Shown here in pieces: positions 47,899 to 60,300 of a DNA stretch of 64,000 nucleotides. The notes beneath the pieces are model-generated. The model saw only the letters and a program-made list of their open reading frames with translations, made no database searches and was not told the origin of the DNA. Position numbers and translations under genes: made by a program. Where the stretch lies: NCBI GenBank assembly GCA_030704615.1, contig CM060732.1:17856001-17920000 (forward strand), written 5' to 3'. This DNA is from Takakia lepidozioides (taxonomy: Eukaryota; Plantae; Bryophyta). Within the stretch, counting starts at the first letter, position 1; each line of letters opens with the position of its first letter.

Positions 47899-48589
47899 GA
47901 TCCAAGGGTTTTATCTTGCGATTTGTAAATCGTACTTCATTATGGATTTTGTTGTGTCTTCTTTCTGGCTCCATCATCGCGAAGAACTAACTTTAATTTG
48001 TGGCATGTGTAGCAACGTGCGTTTGATAGGAAGCCATCTCCGGTAGAGTACAACTACGCCAAGGAGCATGGTTGGCAATCCCTCATGAAGAACTTGGCCA
48101 ACACGGAGGGGATGAGTGCACTATAGGGCACTAGTATGGATGAGGTCGGGTGTCATGGCCAGGGATTGGATAAAGAGCTCTGTGGGAATTAGGGGAACGC
48201 CGCCTCATTTAGGTGCTCTGGCAAAGGGCGCGGAGTCATCAGGCTCATCGGATAGCTCTGAGTCCTCTACTGAGGATGAAGATGAGGATGACTAGTCCTA
48301 GTCCATGTAGGTCCCAGGGTCAGCCTACTGAACCCTTGTGAGCTTTTCAGCTCATTTCCTGTAAATATATTTCAATCTTTCCATCTTTCATCTTATTCAT
48401 GTGTCGCACCGTCCTCACCCTCGATTCATGCTTGCGCAATTGTGTACCTGCTAAATCAGAGAAATGGAAGCTATAAGGTCCCCCATCCCCAAAAACAAAA
48501 CCAGGCAAAAACCAAAACCCACCCCCGATTCACCCCTAAAAATCAACCCCCAACCCCCCTCCCCCCCCACCAGGCTGCCCTCGCGAATG

Positions 48590-49285
48590 CAGGACGTCGC
48601 AATTGGCGACGTGTTTTTAGGGCAGGGGTCGCAAATCCCATTTGCGGGCGGCAATGCCCGACACCCCCTGCGACATGTTTTTTTTGGTCCGGGGGTTGCA
48701 AGTTGCGACGCCCTGGCGTTGCGGAGCCCGCCACCCTGCCTGCGCCACGTCTTTTATTTTTTTGATTAAATAGAAAAAAACGACGCCAGAGCGTCGCGAA
48801 AACCCACGTCCGGGCGTGGCGGAGCCCGACTTCTGCTCCTGCTGTTTTTTTTTTGCCACGCCCAATAGTCGCTTGCAGCGACGCACTGGCGTCGGTTGGC
48901 GTACCACCCGGCTTACGCCACGTGTTTTTGGGTTTTAGGATGGGACTCCCGGGCAGGTTAGAAAAAAAAAAGGATGTGACGCCGCGCCGTCGCCCCTACC
49001 AACGTCGTCGGCTGGAGGGCAGCGACGGCGAGACGTCGCTTGAAGGAGGCCCGTGCCATCGCCGTGGACGGCCCGAAAAGCGACGTCCAGCAGTTGCGGG
49101 AGTTGGGGCGGGGGCTCGCGACCCCCATACGTCGCATTTTTGCGACGTCTTTTTGGCGACGCCCATGCAACTGCCGGGCGACGGCCGGACGTCGCAAATT
49201 CGGCGCCTGCCGCGTGCTTGAAATGCGTTTTCCCAACGCTGCGGCGTAGCCCGGGCGTTGCAAAGGCCCCCCTTTTTTTGTAGTG
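48590..49285. mobile_element. Terminus of a different CACTA family (reverse complement CACTACAAAAAAAGGGG) with GC-rich GCGACG/CGTCGC subterminal repeats
   Basis: TTTTGTAGTG ends at 49285 and directly truncates the chromovirus 3' LTR. Confidence 0.8.
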
Positions 49286-50349
49286 TGGAGTACCAGATAC
49301 TGGAAACTGGACAAGAGTACTGGAAGCTGTACTGGAGTACTGAGACTAGAAACAAGAGTAGCTTGAACTTGTGTTGGCGAGACTGAAGAGTGTCCAGTCT
49401 CGCCTCCTATATATACTGGCTACTAGGAAGTTCCCTAAGAAGCTTCCCTAATAGAGGTTTCTTGATGGAGAATTTTTTTTAAACAAAGGAGGTATCTTGA
49501 TGGAGAAGTTTTCTGCAAATGAAGCTTCTTGAGCAGTTTCCCAAGTTACTCTCGGTAATTTGGTAAACTCCCGGTAACTTGGTAACTAATGATAACTTAT
49601 GATAAATCATGATAGATCATGATAAATCACGGTAATTTTTGATAATTTGGTAACTTCTGGTAATTACTCTTGGTAAGTTCTTCTTAGCTATGTCCGTGAT
49701 ATCACCCCCTCCTCTAGTGTCGAGTTTATCGAGGAGCGGTAAAATCTTGGACTTGCTTATAGTTGGCGAAAATCCAAAATCCGGCGAATGATACTTTGCC
49801 AAATATTCGGCTCTTCGTTCTTGACTCAAATGATTTATAGGTCCCTGCAACCATCGATAGTGTCCAACACCTTGAACTTGGGACCACACAGTGATTTGAG
49901 CATTCGGATTTTCGAAGCTGCCTTCAAACATGATTTCGTTGCCCTCTAGGTTCGAAGCCTCAACCTCCAACAGGATTATCGGACTTCGAGTAGGCTCCAC
50001 TAGCCATCATACGGGGTCCAGACGAGGAAGTACGCGTCACATTGGTGGCCCATCGTCTCGAGAGCGCCGGCGTGATATTGAAGGTCGTGCGAGTCGGAAC
50101 GGCTGATCTGGTAGTTGGGTAAGCGACAGCTCCAATGTATCTGGTTCATGTGACTTCATGCTGCCAATACAAGATGCAAGAATGCTGGAATTGTAGCTAT
50201 ATATACTGATGTGTGGTGCTCCTCCCTCCTTAGCGTATATCAGGTATACTGAATGTGGAGTCTTCACCTTGATAACTTGGCTGACATCATCGTTGTGACG
50301 TCTTATTGACGTGTAGCTCGAGGCTTAGATGGATATCGTTGATGAAGAT

Positions 50350-53300
50350 TTTGGACTTTGTCAGATGCATTGGCGAGATTGGATGAAGGTTCCCCACGTT
50401 CAGTCGCTGATGGCGTAGCCTTTCCAATGTACGAAATACTCAAGACGTTTATACTTGATGCGAGAGTCTAGGACTTCGTCGACTTCATACTCGATTTCCT
50501 GATTGACTTCGATTGGTGGAGGTGGTACGGAAACTCTCCTTGGAATATTCGATGGATGATACAACTCCAATAATGAAACATGAAAGACTGGATGGGTACA
50601 CATACTTCGTGGGAGTTCAAGTAAAAAACTGACCAGATTTATTTGTCAAATAATTTTGAATGGTCCCAGGCGTTGATAATCCAACTTCATTGATGGTCGC
50701 GAGGTTTGTATATCCCGTCGAAGAAGCCATACACGATCTCGGGCCGTGAACTGGGGTTGAAATTGTCGATGTTGATCTGCATACTCTTTGTATTATTTTT
50801 GAGCTTCTGCTAGGTGGAATGTAAGCTCATTGTGAATCGTAGCAAGATGAGTAGCAAGATTTTCTACAGCAGGGCTTCCAACAGTCTTCATGTGGAAAGG
50901 GTTTGCTCGAGGATGATGACCATAATTGGAGAAAAATGGAGGTTGTTTGGTCGAAGAATGTATAGTGTTGTAGGCAAATTCAACCAATGGCAGAAGGTCC
51001 GTCCAATTATCTTGGTGATAATTTATCATACAGCGAAGATACTGCTCTAAAATCTGGTTTACGCATTCAGTTTGATCATCAGTCTGTGGATGATTAGCTG
51101 TACAGAGGTTAATCTTAGTATCCAACAGTGAAATAATCATCTTCAGAAATTTGATACGAATTGTGGTCATCGATCAGATACGATGTCCTTCGGGAGTCCA
51201 TGAATGCGGTAGATATTATTGAGGAAGAGTCTTGCAGTTTTCTCGCCTGTAACCGTCTTATTACATGGAATGAAATGGGTCATGTTCGTAAAACGATCCA
51301 CAATAACAAAGATTGATTCGGTGGTCTTGGAAATTGGAAGGTCCGTAATAAAGTCCATAGACAAGGACGACCATGGACCCTTGGGAATGGGTAATGCTTG
51401 AAGAAGGCCGTAAGATCGATGTCGTGGCCCCTTTGCCCTAGCACACGTGTCACAAGATTTTATAAATTCTTTCACGAGTTTCCACATCTGTGACCACCAA
51501 TAGTCCCTGAATATCAATTTCATTGTTTTGTTGAAGCCGAAATGTCCTGCAACCGGAAGATCATGACATGTTTGAAGAATTCGAAGTCGTGTAGATCCTG
51601 GAGGTACATAGAGAAGTCCATTGAAATAAAGTAAGCCATCTTTGAATTCGAAGTCGTTTGTAATATGTGGGTTGTCTCGAGGTCGATTTAGTTGACTTCG
51701 TAATGTCGTAGCAAATTGGTCGCTCTTCAGTACTTCCTGAATCTCCTTTATGATCTCTACATCATCATAGGTGGACATGGATAACATATTCAATTGGAGA
51801 TTTGTTGGTTTCAAGATGATGGATTTCTGTTGGTCGAAAGCTGTCTCCCTTTCTTTCGGCGCAAGATACGATCGTCGAGAAAGAGCATCGGGTTTTCCTT
51901 GAAAATGTCCTAGGCGATAGGTAATAACAAAATCAAACTTTGCTAGTGACATACCCCATCTTGCTTGACGTCGGTTCAAAACACGAGCACTCATAAAATA
52001 TTCGAGGTTTTTGTGATCGGTGTAGACAGTGACATGATGTTTACCTCCCACCAATAGATGACGCCACTCCTCAAAAGCATCGATGATCGCTAGAAGTTCT
52101 TTGTCATGGATTTCATAATCGATCTCTGCAGCAAAAAATTTGCGAGAGCGAAAATCAACGGGGTGAAGTCGGCCATCCGTATCGTATTGAGAGAGTATAG
52201 CGTCAAATGCAAAGTCCGATGCATCTGCTTCCAAAAAAAAGGTTTAGATGGGTCTGCATGTACTAGTACTGGAGTAGTTGGAAATGTCTGCTTCAGCCTT
52301 TCAAATGTCTGGTCAGCCTTCTCGTCCTATACACATTTGTCCTTCCCTATAAGTCGTGTCAATGGTGCAGCAATTTTGTAGTAGTCCTTGATGAAGATTC
52401 TATAGAAATTTGCAAATCCCAGAAAACATTGTACATCTCGGATCGAAGTTGGTTTAATCCACTCGATGATGGTTTGTATTTTCTTCTGATCCATAAAGAC
52501 GTCTTTGTCGAAAATAATGTAGCCCAGAAATTCGACCTCAGATTGATGGAAAAAACATTTTTTCAACTTGATATATAGTCCTCTTTATCTTAATTTATCA
52601 AGGACAAGGTGTATATGGCGGCCATGTTCGTCTTCATTATGTGAAAATATCAAAATGTCGTCTAAATAGATGACTACAAAATCATTTAAAAATTCTCAAA
52701 AGATGTCATTAATCATATGCTGAAAAATTGTTGGAGCATTTGTAAGACTGAAGGGCATAACACTGTATTCAAAATGTTCATATCTTGTTCGAAAAGTTGT
52801 TTTCCATTCGTCTCTTTCTGTTAGCCGTACAAGGTTATAAGCTCATCTCAAGTCAATTTTGGTGAAAATCTTCGCTCGTCCCAGCTGGTCGAGAAGCCTA
52901 GAAATCAGCGGCAACGGATAACGATTCTTAATTGTGACTTTGTTGAGACCGCGATAATCTACACACATGCGTAATGATCCGTCATTCTTTTTCACAAACA
53001 AGATAGACGCCTCCGCAGGTGATTTTGAATGAAGTTCTTCGACAAATTTTCATTAATGTATTCACGTAATGCAGCCAATTCCGTCTGGAATAAGTTATAG
53101 ATTGGGCCGAATGGTGGTTGTGTAACTCAATTGCACAGTCATAAGGTCGATGTTCTGGCAATATGTCTGCATTTTTCTTCTCGAAGACATCATTGAAATC
53201 TTGATATTGAGTGGGTAATGTTGAAGTACATTTGTCTGTTGTGGTCTTGATCGGAGTCGCATAAAGTGTAAATGCCGCATCCTTTTTTATAGCTCCCATG

Positions 53301-54468
53301 AAAGCTCTAGCTCCAAGGAACAGAGGTTGAATACCTTTGATATTTCTACATTTTTGTCTTGCAAAATTTTTCACGATCGCAAGTCGATGTCAGGATTGTG
53401 AAGTACGAACCAGGGAAGTCCAAGGATCACATGATTTGTTGGAGACTGGATGACGTTGAAAACAATATGTGATGCTTGATCTTTAAGCTTCACTTCAAGT
53501 GGTCGAGTTTCATGGTCAACATCTCCTGATACTAACGGTCGTCCATTGATGACTTCAACGGGGGCCGAAGTTTTACTTTACGAGCGTTAAATTGTGTTGT
53601 TTCGCAAAGTTTTTATCAATAAAACATGTTGAAGCCCCTGAGTCCAAAAATGCTTCTACAAAGATATCTCGATTTTGCACTATGATTTTTACCGGAACTG
53701 TGAAGCAAGGTGCAGGGTCTAGAGGTAGAAAGAGAGTTTTTTTGGGTGAGGAATTTGTGGTGTCCAGCCGCATAATCTATACTGTGACTAGACATCTTCG
53801 TTTTCCGACCTCCTCATATCGAACACTTGAGTTGCGCCCCCGAGCTTTGAATCTTCTCTTGTTGGGGCAGTTAAATGCTATGTTATCTTCTTCTCCGAAA
53901 TAGAGGCATAATCCATTCGAGCGCCGTCTTTGTTTGTCTTGTGGCGTCAATGGCTTGAATCGGACAACATCAATCTGCATATGATCACTACCGGATGTCT
54001 GATGGATCGTTGTGTTTGGTGCCGTAGTAGCAGCGGCATGATGCATCGTCGACCATCCAGATCGCTTTTCTTGACGTCTTTCTTATATCATGTAATGACT
54101 TGGGTGATGAATTCGCTCAGTGTGCTCACGTTTGACATTGTCAGCAACAAATCTTTTACATCATCTTTCAGCCCACATCGAAACTGACTAATGGGGCTCT
54201 TCTCATTCCAGTCGAGGTCGCACGCAAGTTGTCGAAATTCGGCAGCATAAACAGAAGCAGGACGTGCTCCTTGTCGAAGATTTTGCATCTTTGTCTTTGC
54301 AATTCTCTCTCTATCATTCTCTCCAAACGTTGCAGTGAACTCGGACATGAACGCTTCAAAAATGTATAGTAAATGCAATTTTTTTTTTAATAGCGGTGCA
54401 AATAAGTTCTTGCATCTGGAGCTGAAGACTCTGCAATGTGGCGACCATTTCCGCAAATATGCCTTCCA
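50350..54468 (-). pseudogene. Disrupted gag-pol-chromodomain of the chromovirus
   Basis: ORF pieces 54456-54088, 54046-53777, 53773-53573, 53374-52982, 52566-52327, 52234-51167, 51170-50793 and 50603-50400. The gag N-terminus is internally deleted. Confidence 0.9.
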
Positions 54469-54494
54469 TCTTAACTAACTAAGGAACAAACTTT

Positions 54495-54505
54495 AGTCTC
54501 GCCAA
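54495..54505 (-). other. Non-tRNA (self-priming) PBS TTGGCGAGACT
   Basis: Lies 2 nt after the 5' LTR and is the exact complement of LTR 54769-54759, which starts 31 nt downstream of the TATA box. Confidence 0.8.
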
Positions 54506-54792
54506 ACTGTCAAGGACGAGAACATGACTGAACACAAACAAGAGATCAGACTAGAGGTACAAGACTAGACAAGAAGTCAAGGTCGGCGTGGCCGAAAGCA
54601 TGATGGATAAACATGAATCAAGATGATCTTTATAACAATGGACAAGAGTACAAGATACTGGAACTTGACTTGGATACTGGAATGCTGGAAACTGGACTAG
54701 AGTACTGGAAGCTAGACTGGAGTATTGAGTCTGGAAACAAGAGTAGCTTGAACTTGTGTTGGCGAGACTGAAGAATGTCCAATCTCGCCTCC

Positions 54793-54800
54793 TATATATA
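54793..54800 (-). promoter_or_regulatory. LTR TATA box (TATATATA)
   Basis: Conserved in both LTRs (also at about 49408-49415); its spacing fits a TSS at about 54769. Confidence 0.65.
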
Positions 54801-56239
54801 CTGGCTACTAGGAAGTTCCCTAAGAAGCTTCCTTAATGGAGGTTTCTTGATGGAGAAGTTTCTTTAAACAAATGAGGTATCTTGATGGAGAAGTTTCCTC
54901 CAAATGAAGCTTCTTGAGCAGTTTCCCAAGTTACTCTCGGTAATTTGGTAAACTCCTGGTAACTTGGTAACTAATGATAACTTATGATAAATCATGGTAG
55001 ATCATGATAAATCATGGGTAACTTTTGATAATATGGTAACTTGATAACTTCTTGTATTTATTCCTGGTAAGTTCTCCTGGGCTATGCCCGTGACATTTAC
55101 AAGGGCTGGAAAATAAGTGCGCGTCAACACAGCAGAGAGTGGCTTGTTCGTAGTGAGAGAAAAATGTTGGGGCTGGGAAGAGACAGTGAGGTCATGAGCT
55201 TTAGGCCGGATGGACATCCACCATATAAAGGAATTCAGAAAGGTAGTGAAGATATACATGTAGTGCTTGCATCTGACGACTAACCATGGGCAGTTTTTTC
55301 CTAGGTGGTTCTTCTAAAGAATCTTCTAGGACGAAGTTGTATTATGCAATCATGAGTGAAGACTTTGCATCACGAAATGGTGTCACTAAGAATCATGTCT
55401 GTGTTTTCTTTTTCCACTACAGCGGCAGGATCGTGTAAGAACCTCTAATTATGAATACTAAGTCATGGGTAGGATTTATGAGCCCTGTTTTCACACCACA
55501 CCTTCCCTCAATGAGTCTTGTCTGTTTTTCCATATACTTGGGAATAGGGTCATACGATTCAGATACCATCCACGGTTATAGGCTGTTTTTTACTATTCTT
55601 GAATAATCTTCCAGCTCAAGTACCACGAATCTTGTTTTGCTGTAGGCTCACCGCTTGCTCACCAAATAGCATCCCTACTTCTACCCTACCCACCTACAAT
55701 ACTTAAGGATGTGTTACAATTCAAGAATCGTAATTAGCATAAAGTCACAAGAATTGGATTGAAAAGAGCTATCATTTGCATAGTTGCTAGATTAGCCACT
55801 CCGACTTTCACAAACCTTTGACATCACGACGACGTTCTTCGAGATGATGAATCTCAACGGATACTTCCGCATCTAGACCTTGTGTGAAAGCAAGTGGAAC
55901 ATGCTTGATGTCTAATAATCTTATTAGAGATTGAAATCCAAACCCTGTGGACAACGAAATTATGTGTGAAGATCAAAATGCTCAAATCACTACGTGGTCT
56001 TAAGTTCATGGTATTCGACATCATCGTTGATTGCGCGGATCTACGAATCATTTGAACCAAGATCGAATAGCAAAATACTTGGCACGTACCATTCGCCAAT
56101 TTTTTTTTTTCTTTCAACTCTAAGCAAGTCCAAGTTTGTCATTGCTCTACATAAAGTTCATCTTCGATTCTGTCCCATCTTACTCAGACCATGTTGGTCT
56201 GATCCTTCTATCTAGTCGTTCATTGTATCGAGTCACTTG

Positions 56240-56520
56240 TTTCTTGTCCCTAATAATTTCTACTGTTGAGTCACGTTTGATGGTATCTGCCGGAAAGTTG
56301 TTCATATCAACTTTAAAATTGCTCACTCCAAACATGTTGGTGTATCCTCCGGAGGATTGTTCCTATCATTTTTCAAATTTCATAAAATCCTGATAACTGT
56401 TTAATACGTTATATAAGGTTGTTTCTATCAATGAGTCGTGGATATTTGCCGGTGTCAATTTTAAAATTGCTCAATCCAAACGTGTCGATGTATCGTTCAG
56501 ATGATTATTCATATTCAATT
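56240..56520. repeat. Degenerate ~170-bp tandem repeat that continues at 63161-63490 beyond the LINE
   Basis: TTTCAAATT(T/G)CATAAAATCCT, CCAAACATGTTGGT and GTTGTTTCTATCA are shared on both sides. Confidence 0.55.
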
Positions 56521-57399
56521 TCAACAGGAAAGCAGCAATGTGCCGCAACAAATCAGTGTAACAATGTGCTGCAAAAAATATTTGTACAATGTAGTTACAA
56601 TATGCAATTTCCCTAAAACTTGAATTCACAGAAACTGAATCAATGGAAGTTAGGAGCGATGGGTGCTCCGTAGGTTGCGGTGAGAGGAGGAGCAGGACTT
56701 AGTTTTTCTAAGGCCACACTGCCTCTGCCTCCAGCCCGCCCCATCGGTACATCCCCTCTCCGAGTGCGGCAAGTCCTATCTTGCATGTACTCCCATCGCT
56801 GGAACCCCGGTTGGATTAACCGAGCTTTGATGGGGCTAATACATGTCATTCTCCCCTCCGGCATGCATTAAGAGCCGTCACCCTCACCCCTTCTATTGAC
56901 GGCTATTAACTATCTCTCGCCGCCATGCAGGACTGCAGTCCAAATACTCACACTACGCTCCTCCCCAAGCTCTCATCCAGCTTGCCCCGGCATGAAGCTG
57001 TCAGCTAGCCACCCCTTCATTGCTCACTTCTGCGCTTAAGAATCATTCTTGCCCCTGTCGGCTCCTCCATCCTAGGGAACCTGATTTCTGCCAATCACCT
57101 CCCTTTCCCACTCCCCTCCAGCTGTCCTCTTTCGGCTCTCGCCCACTGGCATCATCCGCCAGCTCTGTTTCTTCTGCTACGAGTCCAAGCAGTTCCTCCC
57201 CTGCTAGCCTGCTCATAATCATCAGCCGCTCGCCCCCTCCATTTTGTTCGGCCGTCATAATACCACTGACGCTTGGCGCAACACCTTTATTATCATCCTC
57301 GGAAGATTATTCCTCTCCTCTCGGGTCCCTCGCTATCTACTTAGACCTCACGTTTGCTACGCTACCTCCTGCTTTCCATTGAGGTGATTCATTGCCCTT

Positions 57400-60300
57400 C
57401 TCCTCCCGCCCTCCCCTCTCTCTTCTGATCATGTCCGCACCTCAGTGAGCACTCTTGCTTTCCTTTAAACGTCCTTGCCTCTCGCCCGCTCATGGCTTCC
57501 AGAGGTGCCCCCTCTCGTAAAAAAAGGTCTGGCTCTGGCACCAGCTCAAGGGGAAGAGGCAGCTGGATCCCGCACACCTCCTCGGCAACTCCTATATTGT
57601 CAATTCTCGGGAAGGGTCCTGAGATTGCTGGTCCCAAGCCGTTCCAAGAGCCGATTCCTTGGGCAGAATCTATGGCCCCAGATGATGATTATGCGGATAT
57701 TATTCCCCTGGACCTTGAATGTCTAAAAGCCCACTCCTCAAAGATGATGCAACACGGAATTTTGGTGTACTTCCCTGGACGTCCAAGAGACAAGGAAGGT
57801 GCCCGGACATGGATTGTGGAGCATTTGGGTTCAAAAGGAGGCCTCACTCATCATTATTGCCACTCTATGGGAAGAGGTTTCTAAACTGTCAAATCAACCG
57901 CGTCTCCATCAACCCTTGGAGGATCTCCCCTGGTAAGTTCCAACTGCTCAGCCTTCCCCCTCTTCATCTGCTGCCCATCCCCTTTCTCAGGCATATGTCA
58001 GGTTCTTGCTAGCTGGCATCCGCTGGGAATGATTCTCCCCCATCTCTTCTATACCCCTAGAAGTAAAATGCTGTCAGAAAAATACCTTCACAACTTTGCT
58101 TGTTGGCTAGGGCTCAAGGATGTCATTAAAGGCTGTTCGGTTATTTCAAGAAAGAAGACACAGTTTATTGCTTTGGTTCAGGGTCAACAGAAAAAGGGCT
58201 TAGGTAACACACCAGTGGGTGTCATCTCCCTCTCCTCTACACCAGCCCCCCCCACCGGATTTGGTTGGTTCTCCTCCCCCCTCCACAACGACAGTAAGAC
58301 TGTCTTCTTCTTTTCCACATCAGGGCTATCATTTCGAGAAGTCTTCTCGAGCCCTCTCCCCCAAGTTAATGTTATTTAACATCAGATCCTGGAATATTAG
58401 AGGCATAGGTTCTGATGCCTCTGCCCCTAAAAGGTCCAAGATTAAACGCTGGGCTGCCTCGGTGATGTCTGAAAATTCTATTATCTTCCTACAGGATCAT
58501 AAGCTAAATGATTCTAAGATAACCTCTTTGGGAAATATGTTGTGGCCTGCCAATCTTTCTTGGTGGAATAAAACTGTGGCTGACTCTAGAGGTGGCACAT
58601 CTATTCTGGTGTCCCCGAATCTGGCCAACCATATCTCTGGAGTGGAAATCTGGATGATTGGCAGAGCGCAATTTTGTCTTCTCTCCATTCCTAGTACAGG
58701 GTGTAAAATAGGCCTCATAAATGTTTATGCTCCCATTGCTGTCGCTGATAGGATTGCTTTTGGCACCTTTTACACTCCAAGATCTTAAACCATCCAGAGA
58801 TTGACCATTGGCTAATGGCTGGAGACTTCAATATGACTGAAAGAACTATGGATAGGCTGAATCCTGGCAGCTTCAGCCTCACCCCCAACGAAAGTAATGC
58901 GTGGGAAACTCTCTGTCTCTCTGTCGGCCTTATTGACATCTCCATCCCTGGAGATAATCAGCTGCGTTTCTCTTGGACAAATTGCAAAGCACCGCCTGAA
59001 CTGGTTATGGCCAGACTAGATCGTATTTACTGCACTACTGGTATAGTGTCTTGGGCCCGGCCTATTCCAATGGGCCCAGTGCTTCCTGACTTTGACCATG
59101 TAGAGACTAGAGCTCTCTTTTTTGTTCCTGGATCTAGGTCCAAAGGTAGAGGTTACTTCAAGCTCTATGCTTAAATCTAGGGCAGTGGTAAATGATCTGG
59201 CCCAGATATGGTCTTCATCTGGGAGCCATTTTCAGTCTGCCACCCTTAGATTCCTTACCAAGCTAGAGGCTACCAGGATTAGATCCCAGGAACTATCCAA
59301 AGACTTTGCTTTAGCGTGCTCCCAAAAAGAGAAGAGTTTGCTCAAATGCCTCCATCTTTGCCCAACACTTTTGGAGAACAAAGATGAAGGTCCCTGTACT
59401 CTGATGAACTATAATAGAGCGAAATCCAATCTCTGGAATTTTAGACAGGAGAAGGAAAACGCTATCCGTATAAAGGCACGGGTGAACTGGTCTCTAAAAG
59501 GTGAAAAAATGAGTAAATATTTCTTTGCTAAGGCCAAACAAAGGCAAATGGCTTCATCCATTTCCTCTCTCACTAGCCCTGATGGGTCCACTACCTCCTC
59601 CAACCTTAAAGCAATGGCTGCCTATGTTGAGCAACACTTTGCCTCCCTCTTCTCTAAGAGGCAGCACTCAGAAGAGTCTAAGTTTGCCTCTCAGGAAATT
59701 CTGTGATGTGTCCCCTCGTTCGTTTTTGAAAAAGAGAAAGAGGAACTCTCTTCCCCGCTCTCCGACTCAGACTTGGCGGAGGCCTTGCATTCCCTCAAAA
59801 CTGGAAAGATGCCAGGGTTAGACGACATGCCAATTGATTTTTTTTCGGCCCTCTGGCAGACCATAGTGAATGACTTTGTTGAGTTGGCTAAAGATATACA
59901 TTCAAATGGCATCATGCCTTCACAACTAGCAATTGGTCTCATCCACTTTGATTTTCAAAACTAGGGTGACTAAGAAGCATGTTATCTAATTATAGACCTA
60001 TAACGCTTCTGAACACTGCTTACAAAATTATTGCCAAAGCTTTTGGCCCTCAGGCTGCAGCCCATTCTCTCTCGGGTTACCAGAACCAAGCAATCCGGGT
60101 TTCAAAAGGGAGAATGATTCTAGATAACATTCTACTATAGCAATGAAGTCATACACAAGCCAAGTGCCCTGAACAGCACCATGGCCATACTCATGCTTGA
60201 CTTTGAAAAGGCCTTTGATAACATTGATTGGAGTTTTCACTAAATGCAAGTGTTGGTCAGAATGGGAATGCCTGAAGCTTTCAAACAGATGGATCCATAT

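Larger units (their letters stand above)
49286..55095 (-). mobile_element. Degenerate chromovirus (Tcn1/Tf1-sushi-like Ty3/gypsy)
   Basis: 5' LTR 54508-55095 (TG...CA); truncated 3' LTR 49286-49701; PPT 49702-49715. Gag LRQGARPASVYAAEFRQLA, PR FLDSGAS, RT, RH EADASDFA, INT LSMDFITDLP, chromodomain EYEVDEVLDSR...YFVHWKGY. Many stops and frameshifts. Confidence 0.93.

Noticed and set aside
48442-49355. Cluster of overlapping Arg/Pro-rich ORFs
   Set aside because: GC-rich CACTA subterminal repeats produce spurious ORFs.
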